Part shown: positions 1 to 11,243 of the stretch, one piece after another | How positions within the stretch are numbered: the stretch's first letter is position 1 | Layout: each line of letters begins with the position of its first letter | Assembly: GCA_002269645.1 (NCBI GenBank) | Contig: NIVC01002693.1 | Span: 85,250 to 149,249 of the forward strand | Source: Macrostomum lignano | Lineage: Eukaryota | Reading direction: 5' to 3' | DNA length: 64,000 nt | Program-made: the position numbers and the translations under genes | Notes under the pieces: generated by a model | What the model was told of the DNA's origin: nothing | The model's input: only the letters and a program-made list of their open reading frames with translations | Database searches by the model: none

Positions 1-377
1 TCTCTTACACTCACTCTCTCACACTCACTCTCTCACATTTACTCTCTTAAACTCACTCTCTCACACTCACTCTCTCACACTCACTCTCTCACACTCACTC
101 TCTCACACTCACTCTCTTACACTCACTCTGTCACACTCACTCTATCTCACTCAATCTCTTACACTCACTCTCTCACACTCACTCTCTCACATTTACTCTC
201 TTAAACTCACTCTCTCACACTCACTCTCTCACACTCACTCTCTCACACTCACTCTCTCACACTCACTCTCTCACACTCACTCTCTCACACTCACTCTCTC
301 ACACTCACTCTCTCACACTCACTCTCTCACACTCACTCTCTCACATTCACTCTCTTACACTCACTCTCTCACACTCA
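1..377. repeat. Simple tandem repeat, ~14-bp unit (TCACACTCACTCTC)n
   Basis: Directly visible tandem copies with minor variants; the array runs off the left edge. Confidence 0.9.
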
Positions 378-1624
378 AAACCCGGTCACTGCTGGTAAAG
401 CCCCCATTCAGCGCTATTCAAAGAGCAATTTAAAGCAAATCACAGCCGTTTAGAAATCAAAAGTTCAGCCTCATCATGCCAAAAATCTGATATTACCAAT
501 AATCATTTTCTTCTTGATGATCTTGCCAATAAACCTCGGGCAGAACGCATGTGTAGTGACCTTCGCAAAAGTTCTATACCGTACGATGTTTATTTCTAGA
601 AAATTCTGCGATAGAACACGAGTTAAATTCTAGAAACTTCTTTTATTAGCTATTTCTAATCTTGTAGTAAATAAATCTACTCAATAGATATTTAATTACT
701 GTAATTTATGATCATGCTAAATATGAATACCATACGTACGATACTAACTATAGAGTTTGTTTTACTGCACTAGAACGATTCCAGAAATTTCCGGAAGACC
801 AAATTACAGTATAAATATACAGTATCCGAATCAGCATTTTTCTCCAAGCCTCTTCGATACTCAAGCAGCTCAAGTGCTAACACAAAGAAGCAAAAACAAA
901 GGCGAACCACCGCCTAGCTCTGCCTTCTTCCTTTCTCAGTTGCTACACATGCATATACGAGTTGCTTGATCCGTTCGTATTTCTGAAGTACGCAAAGTGG
1001 GGATGCTGCGAATTTCGTGAAGAATTTAAACCATCAGTTTAGGAGGGGAAGGGAAGGCACTGCTACCGATCGTGAGGGGGTGGAAGCTGGGCTGCCATTT
1101 TCCCTACTGGGAGAGAGGCGCACATTTTTTGCCCCAATTGCGCAGTCAAGCTGCACTCATTGGTCTGTGGTAAAAGCGTTCGGAACAGCTGTTGTATTTC
1201 GTCAGCAGTTGCTTATTGTCTTGATTTAAAATAATTGGCCTGAGACACTTGGCCGATCACGCTAGCGGCGATCCGGGCCTTAATTCCTAAAAAGTTCTGC
1301 CCCAGAATGTGCGATTGCTGTTGGGTACCAATTTTTATTAATGATATTCAATTTTGGGTGAGAGGTCGATTTGATTCCAAGATTTCCTATTCATCTCTAA
1401 AAACTATTCATTACTATCGACTGAGGAAAAATGCCAGAAGCATCCGTGCTGGAGAGATGGAGAGACAAGTAAAGAGAGGTACAGACAGGTAAAGAAGGTA
1501 GAGAGAGAGAGAGAGAGAGAGAAGCAGAGGATTCTCTCTAAATCTTCTCAACCTAAACAGAAAGATTAGTTAGAGAGATGGAAAGCGTTAGAGAGACAAC
1601 AGCAAAACACGCAGCCCCAGTAAG

Positions 1625-2770
1625 TCAGTGGATGGCGCGCCGAAACGTCAGCGAGCGGACAAAGTCCGGCGCGCGCCTTTTGACGGTGTCGGGCGCCCCA
1701 GCGTCGCTCAGGATGCAGTCCACGTATCTCCGGGTCCTCGCTTGACCCCGCCTGATCGGTCCGGGCAAAGTGAGCAGCACGACATTTTGGACAGGCTGGG
1801 GGCAACAGCTCTTAGCCCGGATCACGTGGTCTGCCAGTTAGAGTCGCCGCCGGCGCAGGATGGTGGATGGGTGCTGCAGCTCTCGTACAGGGCCTCAAAC
1901 CGGCCGCTCTCGTCAGCTTGAAAAGTTGCACCGAGTACGCCGAGTTCAGCTGAAACTCTGGCGTGGCCTCGGGCGATCGGGCAGCGCCTTGGACTGAAGC
2001 ATCGACGACCGTCAGGCCGCCCAGGCGAGTCCTCTGCGTCGCCGGATGTCGTCCACAACGATGGGCACCGGACCGCCGAGGTAGGTGAACCGCTGGCAAG
2101 CGCTCTGGTTCAGTCGTCTGCCCGTCTGCACCGCTCGGATATCGGCTGGGATGGTCAGCACCTCGATCTTCAGCGTGTTGAGAACTGGGCCGACGCTTGA
2201 AGCCACTTGGACCAACCTGTCCGTCTGGCGCTGGGCGCCTTCATCAGTTGAGGACAGGTCAAGGTCGTCGGTAGGTCGTCGGTGTAGCCCAGCGACGGAC
2301 CAATGCGTCTGCGCCGCAGGAAGCCGTCGCCTGCTGCGGGGAGTTCAGAAGCACTCCTGACGGAGTTTCAAACAGGTCGGACTCGCGATACAGCGACGTC
2401 CAGCGGCTGCGGTCCGATAGGCTCGCAGGACGAAAGGCAGCGCGGCGGCTCTCAGCACTCAGTCTAGCGCCTTCCGGAAGTCGACAAATACAATGATCAG
2501 CGTTGTCTGGTGGTTGGGAACCTCCTCGATGACACGGCGGAGTTCGGAGACCTGCAAACACGGCTCCAGCACTGACTGCAGACGGTCGAGCAGCAGTCAA
2601 TCAAAAGCTTCACGTGTACAGGAAATCAGTGAGGTGCCTCGCTGGCACGAGGTGCGCTACGGTCGATTCGGTGAGCAAGTAGCCGCCGGCAAGCCCGCGG
2701 TTCATGACGCCAGTGACTTGAGAAGCCTCATAGCGGAGCCGCAACGCCTCGACTGGAACTTCGTCTGGGC
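1625..2770 (-). pseudogene. Degenerate non-LTR retrotransposon (RTE-like LINE) reverse transcriptase, 3' portion
   Basis: Minus-strand translation across frameshifts gives RGTSLISCT..LLDRLQSVLEPCL, LRRVIEE..LIIVFVDFRKALD, LGYTDDL (YADD-like), QRFTYLG, DIRRRRGLAWAA and LAGHV-like/VIRAKSCCPQPV segments in LINE RT order. Multiple stops and frameshifts. Confidence 0.8.
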
Positions 2771-2984
2771 CGAGCGCCTTGCTGCCTGCCTGGTGTTCTC
2801 TGAGCGAGCAGCACAACGTCCTCCGTGGTGATTGTTTTGGTGCATGTAGGGCTGTTCGTGACGGCAAATTTTTCGGGGTTCGGGGTTTCCGGTTTCCCGG
2901 AAGAAGCCGGAAGGAGCCAAAGAAGACAAAGAGGTTGCGAAAAAGTTGGCAGCGGCCGAAAAAGCGGAACCCAACGGAATCAAG

Positions 2985-4025
2985 CGAAGTGTTTATTATT
3001 TTGTTTAGGCGAGTGTTTATATCTTTGTTTTGGCGAGTGTTTATTTATTTGTTTAGGCGTGTTTATTTATTCGTTTAGGCGAGTGTTTATTTATTTGTTT
3101 AGGCGAGTGTTTATTATTTTGTTTAGGCGAGTGTTTATTATTTTGTTTAGGCGAGTGTTTAATATTTTGTTTAGGCGAGTGTTTATTAATTTTTTTAGGC
3201 GAGTGTTTATTTATTTGTTTAGGCGAGTGTTTATTTATTTGTTTAGGCGAGTGTTTATTTATTTGTTTAGGCGAGTGTTTATTTATGTGTTTAGGCGAGT
3301 TTTTATTTATTTGTTCAGTCTAGTGTTTATTTATTCGTTTAGGCGAGTTTAAATTTTTATGTTTAAGCGAGTGTTTATTTATTTGTTGATGTGAGTGTTT
3401 ATTTATTTGTTTAGGCGAGCTTTTATTTATTCGTTTAGGCGATTGAATATATTTTTAATTTAGGCGAGTGTTTTATTTGTTTGTTTAGGCGAGTGTTTAT
3501 TTATGTGTTTAGGCGAGTGTTTATTTATTTGTTGATGTGAGTGTCTATTTATTTGTTTAGGCGAGTGTTTATTTACTTGTTTAGGCGAATGTTTTTTTCT
3601 TTGTTTAGGCGAGTGTTTATTTATTTGTTTAGGCGAGTGTTTATTTATTTGTTTAGGCGAGTGTTTATTTATTTGTTTAGGCGAGTGTTTATTTATTTGT
3701 TTAGGCGAGTATTTATTTTTTTGTTTAGGCGAGTGTTTATTTATTTGTTTAGGCGACTGTTTATTTATTTGTTTAGACGAGTGTTTATTTATTTGTTTAG
3801 GCGAGTGTTTATTTATTTGTTTAGGCGAGTGTTTATTTATTTGTTTAGGCGAGTGTTTATTTATTTGTTTAGGCGAGTATTTATTTTTTTGTTTAGGCGA
3901 GTGTTTATTTATTTGTTTAGGCGACTGTTTATTTATTTGTTTAGACGAGTGTTTATTTATTTGTTCAGGCGAGTGTTTATTTCTTTGTTTAGGCGACTCC
4001 TTATTTATTTGTTTAGGCGAGTATT
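2985..4025. repeat. 24-bp minisatellite (GTGTTTATTTATTTGTTTAGGCGA)n
   Basis: About 40 tandem copies; explains the LFRRVFIY ORFs. Confidence 0.95.
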
Positions 4026-4699
4026 TATTTATTGGTTCGTAAAAAACAATAAAATTAAAAAATATTGTGAAATGGAAGCGGAGACAAGCCGGGCCGGTTG
4101 CAGGGGCTTAAGCCGGCCGGCGCGGCCAACACCCCCACACCTCAATCCCCGCCAGAGTACAGAAGCATGTGCAGCGGCACCCCCCGGAGCGTCTAACACA
4201 CCTTAATCAGAGAGTAACGATTGCAATAAACACACTGTTGGTTAAACTACAGCGCTTTTTGTGTTTTACTTTATTTGGAAACATTTTTGGCGCCGACTAA
4301 GATAAAAAATAAATCAAAATCCTATATACTAAAATGGCTCAACCGATTTTGTTCGAACTTGCACTGTTTGATCAGAAAATTTTCCGTGACGGTACATGCA
4401 ACGTGGCTAAGAAATTGCTCGATGCTAAAGGGATCAAATATTCGAAAAACATGCTTTCTTTGCAAAGGTCAAGCAGCTCTTTCGACTTGAAATGCATTGT
4501 AAGAATGCTAGAGAAAAAACTGACTGGTTGAATTCTGATTCTAAAAAAGATTGCATCACAACAGGCTTTTTATTTATCGTCTGTGCACTGGCTGAATTTT
4601 AACGCTGAATTGAATTGCGTCACTGCATTGAAAACGCAGTGTGGAAGCATAGCTCAATACTTGATTTATATTGCGTAACCAATAGAGACTTGCTGGATT

Positions 4700-5236
4700 A
4701 CTGCACTTGATAAACTAAAAATTTTTGCACTTGATAAACCAAGGATCATTGCACTTGATAAACCAAGGATTACTGCGCTTGATAAACCAAGGATTACTGC
4801 ACTTGATAAACCAAGGATCATTGCACTTGATAAACCAAGGATTACTGCACTTGATAAACCAAGGATTACTGCACTTGATAAACCAAGGATTACTGCACTT
4901 GATAAACCAAGGATTATTGCACTTGATAAACCAAGGATTACTGCACTTGATAAACCAAGGATTACTGCGCTTGATAAACCAAGGATTACTGCGCTTGATA
5001 AACCAAGGATTACTGCACTTGATAAACCAAGGATTACTGCGCTTGATAAACCAAGGATTACTGCGCTTGATAAACCAAGGATTACTGCCCTTGATAAACC
5101 AAGGATTACTGCACTTGATAAACCAAGGATTACTGCACTTGATAAACCAAGGATCATTGCACTTGATAAACCAAGGATTACTGCGCTTGATAAACCAAGG
5201 ATTACTGCACTTGATAAACCAAGGATTACTGCACTA
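4700..5236. repeat. 24-bp minisatellite (CACTTGATAAACCAAGGATTACTG)n
   Basis: About 22 tandem copies; explains the HLINQGLL ORF. Confidence 0.95.
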
Positions 5237-5539
5237 GATTAGAAAGGGCTATTGCACTAGCTGAGACATTAATTTTTGGACTTGATGAGTAAAGGATTAT
5301 TGCACTAGATGAGTAAATGATTATTTCACTAGCTGAGAAGCTGATTATTGCGCTGTCTAAAAAAGAGATTATTGCGCTCGCTGAGACGTGGATTGTTGCA
5401 CAACCTGAGAAAGCGATTATTGCATTAGCGGAGGTAAAATTTGCACTAGCTACTTGCTGTCTGGTGGATGCTTGCTCTCGAGGGGGTACTTGCTATTTGG
5501 GAGAGGGGGGTACTGGCTACATGTATTGGATTCTTACTA

Positions 5540-6920
5540 TCCAGGGATGCTTGCTATTTAGGGATTCTTGCTATCTGCAGGATGCTTGCTATCTTGGTGG
5601 ATGCTTCAACAATATCTGGGGGATGCTTGCTATCTGCAGAATGCTTGCTATCTTGGTGGATGCTTCAACAATATCTGGGGGATGCTTGCTATCTGCAGGA
5701 TGCTTGCTATCTTGGTGGATGCTTCAACAATATCTGGGGGATGCTTGCTATCTGCAGAATGCTTGCTATCTGGGTGGATGCTTCAAAAATATCTGGGGGA
5801 TGCTTGCTATCTGCAGAATGCTTGCTATCTGGGTGGATGCTTTAACAATATCTGGGGGATGCTTGCTATCTGCAGAATGCTTGCTATCTGGGTGGATGCT
5901 TTAACAATATCTGGGGATGCTTGCTATCTGCAAAATGCTTGCTATCTGGGTGGATGCTTTAACAATATCTGGGGGATGCTTGCTATCTGCAGAATGCTTG
6001 CTATCTGGGTGGATGCTTCAAAAATATCTGGGGGATGCTTGCTATCTGCAAAATGCTTGCTATCTGGGTGGATGCTTTAACAATATCTGGGGGATGCTTG
6101 CTATCTGCAGAATGCTTGCTATCTGGGTGGATGCTTCAACAATATCTGGGGGATGCTTGCTATCTGCAGAATGCTTGCTATCTGGGTGGATGCTTTAACA
6201 ATATCTGGGGGATGCTTGCTATCTGCAGAATGCTTGCTATCTGGGTGGATGCTTCAACAATATCTGGGGGATGCTTGCTATCTGCAGAATGCTTGCTATC
6301 TGGGTGGATGCTTTAACAATATCTGGGGGATGCTTGCTATCTGCAGAATGCTTGCTATCTGGGTGGATGCTTCAACAATATCTGGGGGATGCTTGCTATC
6401 TGCAAAATGCTTGCTATCTGGGTGGATGCTTTAACAATATCTGGGGGATGCTTGCTATCTGCAGAATGCTTGCTATCTGGGTGGATGCTTCAAAAATATC
6501 TGGGGGATGCTTGCTATCTGCAAAATGCTTGCTATCTGGGTGGATGCTTTAACAATATCTGGGGGATGCTTGCTATCTGCAGAATGCTTGCTATCTGGGT
6601 GGATGCTTCAACAATATCTGGGGGATGCTTGCTATCTGCAGAATGCTTGCTATCTGGGTGGATGCTTTAACAATATCTGGGGGATGCTTGCTATCTGCAG
6701 AATGCTTGCTATCTGGGTGGATGCTTTAACAATATCTGGGGGATGCTTGCTATCTGCAGAATGCTTGCTATCTGGGTGGATGCTTTAACAATATCTGGGG
6801 GATGCTTGCTATCTGCAGAATGCTTGCTATCTGGGTGGATGCTTCAACAATATCTGGGGGATGCTTGCTATCTGCAAAATGCTTGCTATCTGGGTGGATG
6901 CTTTCTATCTGGGTGGATGC
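5540..6920. repeat. 59-bp composite tandem repeat built from GATGCTTGCTATCTG subunits, with partial 118-bp dimer periodicity
   Basis: Unit GATGCTTGCTATCTGCAGAATGCTTGCTATCTGGGTGGATGCTT(T/C)AACAATATCTGGGG; the ORF track repeats every 118 bp (5917, 6035, 6153...). Confidence 0.9.
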
Positions 6921-7814
6921 TTGCTGTCTTGGGAATATTTTATATTTAGGGGAAATGTCTGTTATCTTTGTGAAAGCCATATTTTGATGTCTGTTTGTTA
7001 ATTTTAGAAAAAAAGATATTCATAGCAAACATCTTTGTCCGTGACAATTTACATGAATAAGGTGATTTATAAAACTAAATAAGGAATTGGTTCTTAAGGA
7101 AATGTGCTTTTTTAATTGTTTTCCATGAACTATTTTTCACGACCGAAGGGGGGCCGCACTAGATTGCTAGTACACAGCTAATAATGACGGATAATAATGT
7201 GTTGGGTAATTCCTTGCCTCCAAAAACTTGTGTCCAAAGCCAAAAGGCTTGAAAATAATACAGCCCCAAGTTTTTTATACGTAATGGATTTCTAACAGCT
7301 GGTCTTTACAATTTTACAGAAATGTTCTTTGGAAAAAATGAAGATTCGATCATTGTATGGAAATTCCATGTAGCTCAGCTCGTAGTCAGCAGTAAGACAG
7401 TCAGTGGAAGGCTTACTATGAAACAACTGCTATGTACAAAGCTCGTAATTACATATAGCTGTATGCTGATAGGAGCAATTAATTTTTTGCAATTAAATAC
7501 TGATGGCTGGTGCATAAAGACTGATAAAAACACGTGTTAAAATAATTCCACATGACTTTTTAGGCATCAACATCAAGGAATTTCGTTATTTCCAAAACAA
7601 TTTGTAGTACAGCTTGCTATTTTTACTTCTTTCCCGATGCCATAGGCAACTTAAATATATCTGAAGGTCTGGAGGTCAGTTGTCAGCCAGATTTGACTCT
7701 TTTTAAAGAATCTAAAGATAGAATTAAAGAATCTTATTTAAAGAATAAGTTAACATTGCGAGAAATTAACTTAAAAGTGATAATTGCGTGAAACCCAAAA
7801 ACCCCAAAAATACC

Positions 7815-7980
7815 CGGTGGCCAATCCCGACCCGAACCCCCGAACCCGGTACCCGTACCCCAAATCCCGAAACCCGAACCCGGTACCCGTACCCCAAATC
7901 CCGAAACCCGAACCCGGTACCCCTATCCAAAATCCCGAACCCCGAACCCAGGAACCAAAAGCCGACCCGAACCCCGAACA
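7815..7980. repeat. Short ~34-bp tandem repeat (CCCGAAACCCGAACCCGGTACCCGTACCCCAAAT), degenerate
   Basis: Three to four imperfect copies visible. Confidence 0.7.
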
Positions 7981-8922
7981 CCCACCCCTTATGCAGAACT
8001 TCTCCTCAGAATGTGTGTCGGTAAAGCAAAGTTGGCGGGCAGCGGCGGCGTTCTCAATACCGGCGAAGAATTGTGACGCAGTTTTTCCTGCGCTTCTCTG
8101 CCGGCCAGGTTCAGCGCCAGGCGCCTCTTGCGCCCCCGCCAGTGTCCGAACGGCTGCTGTGATTGACCGGACGGCGTTGTCAACTGCAGCCTGTATCCGC
8201 TCGTACGAAAGATGCGCAAAGGATTCTTTGGCTGCGGGCCGTCAGTTTCTCCGAGAACGCTCGAGAGACAGGTAGAGAGAGGGGGAGAGTGATAGAGAGA
8301 GGGAGAGAGAGAGAGGTAGAGAGGAGGAGAGAGAAGTAGATAGGTAGACAGATGTAGAGAGAGATCGCAAAAAGGATGGCACTTTAGTTGAACTCAAAGG
8401 TTTTGTGCAGGCTATTTTCTGTGTGTCGTTTAAACAGTTTTTTCTGCAAGCCACGCAGCAGTTTCAATGCACAGCAGCGCGTGCGGATATTGTAAGTTTT
8501 AGCATAGATGATTGCTACATTGTGCTTGGGTTCGTGATGACGCGTGAAGTCACAGCCAAATGTGACCGCCGCCTCCAACATCCGAGCGCCGGTAGATACT
8601 CACAGTTTTGATATTCAAAGTGAGCATGAAAGTTTCTGCACTAAAATCGGCTCCATCGTGCAACCCAGTGAGCAACAATTCATACTTTATGCGTACATTC
8701 GCATGTACACGAAATACCAACGGTGTGACTGCACGACTCACCCGTATCATCCAAATCGTTGGATCGGCATTCGGACACATTACTGTTCGACCCTGCATGG
8801 CATTTACAGTTCCGGCAAGCTCAGGTTGTAACAAAGTCAACCAACTTTTTAAAATCACATTCGAAACTTCCGAAAATGCAGCCATCAGTGTTGTTTCACA
8901 GCTTGCTGCTACACCTTTTGCG
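7976..8922 (+). repeat. ~950-bp dispersed repeat, copy 1 (copy 2 at ~39103-40045)
   Basis: Near-identical sequence and ORF translations at both loci (e.g. MQNFSSECVSVKQSW..., MKSQPNVTAASNI...). No TIR or TSD identified. Confidence 0.85.
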
Positions 8923-10304
8923 CACAATTGGTTGCCTTGAGCACGATTCAATCACATTTTTCTGAGCAGCTAAGCGAATTTATCATTGGAAAGTGGTTGG
9001 TCCACATCCACAGGACTCGGACTCGGCCGGTGCACTGCGGCAATACATTGAAGCTTCAAAAAGTCCGGAAGATGTAAAGTTGCTTTATAACAAATTTATA
9101 TAGTTTAAGTTTTTGTGACATAGTTTCATGTAACAAGTTTTTAAGTGCTTTAAAAATTATATATAACCTTTACTGTGTAGCCAAAATCCTGAATTGAAAC
9201 AATATTTTGATTTCCACAACGGGTCACAAAGATGGGGCGTGAGGGACAAAACACTCGCATGTCCCCCACAGTTTTTCTGGTGGGACATGCATGACCCCCA
9301 GCTCCACCCGGTGGCGATGCCCCAGACAAAGGGTTTTAACCCGGCCGATTTTACCTCAATGACCATGTAAAGAATCTATAGCTTATAAGTGGGACAGATG
9401 AGAAAGAAAAGGTAAGAGGGCTTGAGAAGATCGGACAGAGGAGATGATCATTAGAGAAGAAAGCAGAGGCGAGAGAGGAAATCAGGGGCGCACTCAGGGT
9501 GCCTCCTTTTTGCAGAGGCCTGAGAAATGACGACAGGGGTAATCAAGCGCATTACGCCAAAATAGAGAGCCTTCCCTTCCGCCCTCTATTACAGTAATAG
9601 GTCTTTTATACCCTCTGCGGAATCCCCCTCAAAAGATTTCTGGTTGCGCCACTGGAGGAGTTTAGAAGAGAAGCGAAGAGAGTCGAGGCGATCGAGTCGA
9701 GAGAGGTCGAAGTGAGCCAGAAGCTACATATCTAAGAGGATTAAAAATAGAGTTAAATGAACTCATGAGCAGACCGGGCATTGCTAAGTTGAATTCTTCA
9801 AAAGGACCCCGGGCCGGGCCGGATCTAGATCGAGGCTTTGCGGCCTGGCCACATCAGGCCGCAGGCTCCTGGCTTGAACCTACATTAATTGGTTTCGTCC
9901 TGAACTGAAGTGAATGGCGTGTAATTTTCGAGTGTAAATTTCAGTATTGAATGCCTAGGCTTTGACAAAATTAAACTGTAATTCCATGCATCTACAGCAG
10001 GATCTGTACAAAAGATCTAATCGCTAGCTACATGCATCCGGTTAATCAAATGGATTCAAATCTGGCTCTTAAATTTAATGTACACATGAGGCAAAAAACT
10101 GAGTTCTCCAGTTTGGCAATCATTAGCCTAACTGCTTCGATTCTTGAACCACCGCTTCAAACTCGCTCACGTGTAAATGTTGGCATTGATGGCCACAACT
10201 GCTAACGACTCGAAATCGTTAACACTGTTGTCCCCAAGGCTGCAATTAAGTCCCCAAAACTTTTAATTATTTGGTTTTTAGCACCGCTGCGAGGACGGTC
10301 GATC

Positions 10305-11243
10305 CTGATGCCCAATCCTGATCTTCAATCCTGATCGCCAATCCTGATCCGCAAACCTGATCCCCAATCCTGATCCCCAATCCTGATCCCCAATCCTGAT
10401 CTCCAATCCTGATCCCAAATCCTGATCTCCAATCCTGATCTCCAATCCTGATCTTCAATCCTGATCTCCAATCCTGATCTTCAATCCTGATCTCCAATCC
10501 TGATCCCCAATCCTGATCCCCAATCCTGATCTCCAATCCTGATCTCCAATCCTGATCTTCAATCCTGATCTCCAATCCTGATCTTCAATCCTGATCTCCA
10601 ATCCTGATCCCCAATCCTGATCCCCAATCCTGATCTCCAATCCTGATCTCCAATCCTGATCTTCAATCCTGATCTCCAATCCTGATCTTCAATCCTGATC
10701 TCCAATCCTGATCTTCAATCCTGATCTCCAATCCTGATCTCCAATCCTGATCTTCAATCCTAATCCCCAATCCTGATCTTCAATCCTGATCTCCAATCCT
10801 GATCTTCAATCCTGATCTCCAATCCTGATCCCCAATCCTGATCCCCAATCCTGATCTCCAATCCTGATCTCCAATCCTGATCTTCAATCCTGATCTCCAA
10901 TCCTGATCTTCAATCCTGATCTCCAATCCTGATCTTCAATCCTGATCTCCAATCCTGATCGCCAATCCTGATCCTCAATCCTGATCCCTAATCCTGATCC
11001 CCAATCCTGATCTCCAATCCTGATCCCCAATCCTGATCCTCAATCCTGATCCCCAATCCTGATCCCCAATCCTGATCCTCAATCCTGATCCCCAATCCTG
11101 ATCCCCAATCCTGATCCTCAATCCTGATCCCCAATCCTCATCCTCAATCCTGATCCCCAATCCTGATCCCCAATCCTGATCTCCAATCCTGATCCCCAAT
11201 CCTGATCTCCAATCCTGATCTCCAATCCTGATCCTCAATCCTG
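10305..11243. repeat. 13-bp satellite (CAATCCTGATCYY)n, left part
   Basis: About 70 tandem copies; resumes in the same orientation at 27790. Confidence 0.95.

Noticed and set aside
4334-4531. 65-aa ORF with IFRDGTCNVAKKLL, faintly like the first-Asp motif of MULE transposases
   Set aside because: Too short, and no further transposase motifs follow.
2825-6987. Long ORFs with repeated peptides (LFRRVFIY, HLINQGLL, MLAICRMLAIW)
   Set aside because: They are translations of minisatellites that happen to lack stops, open in several frames and on both strands.
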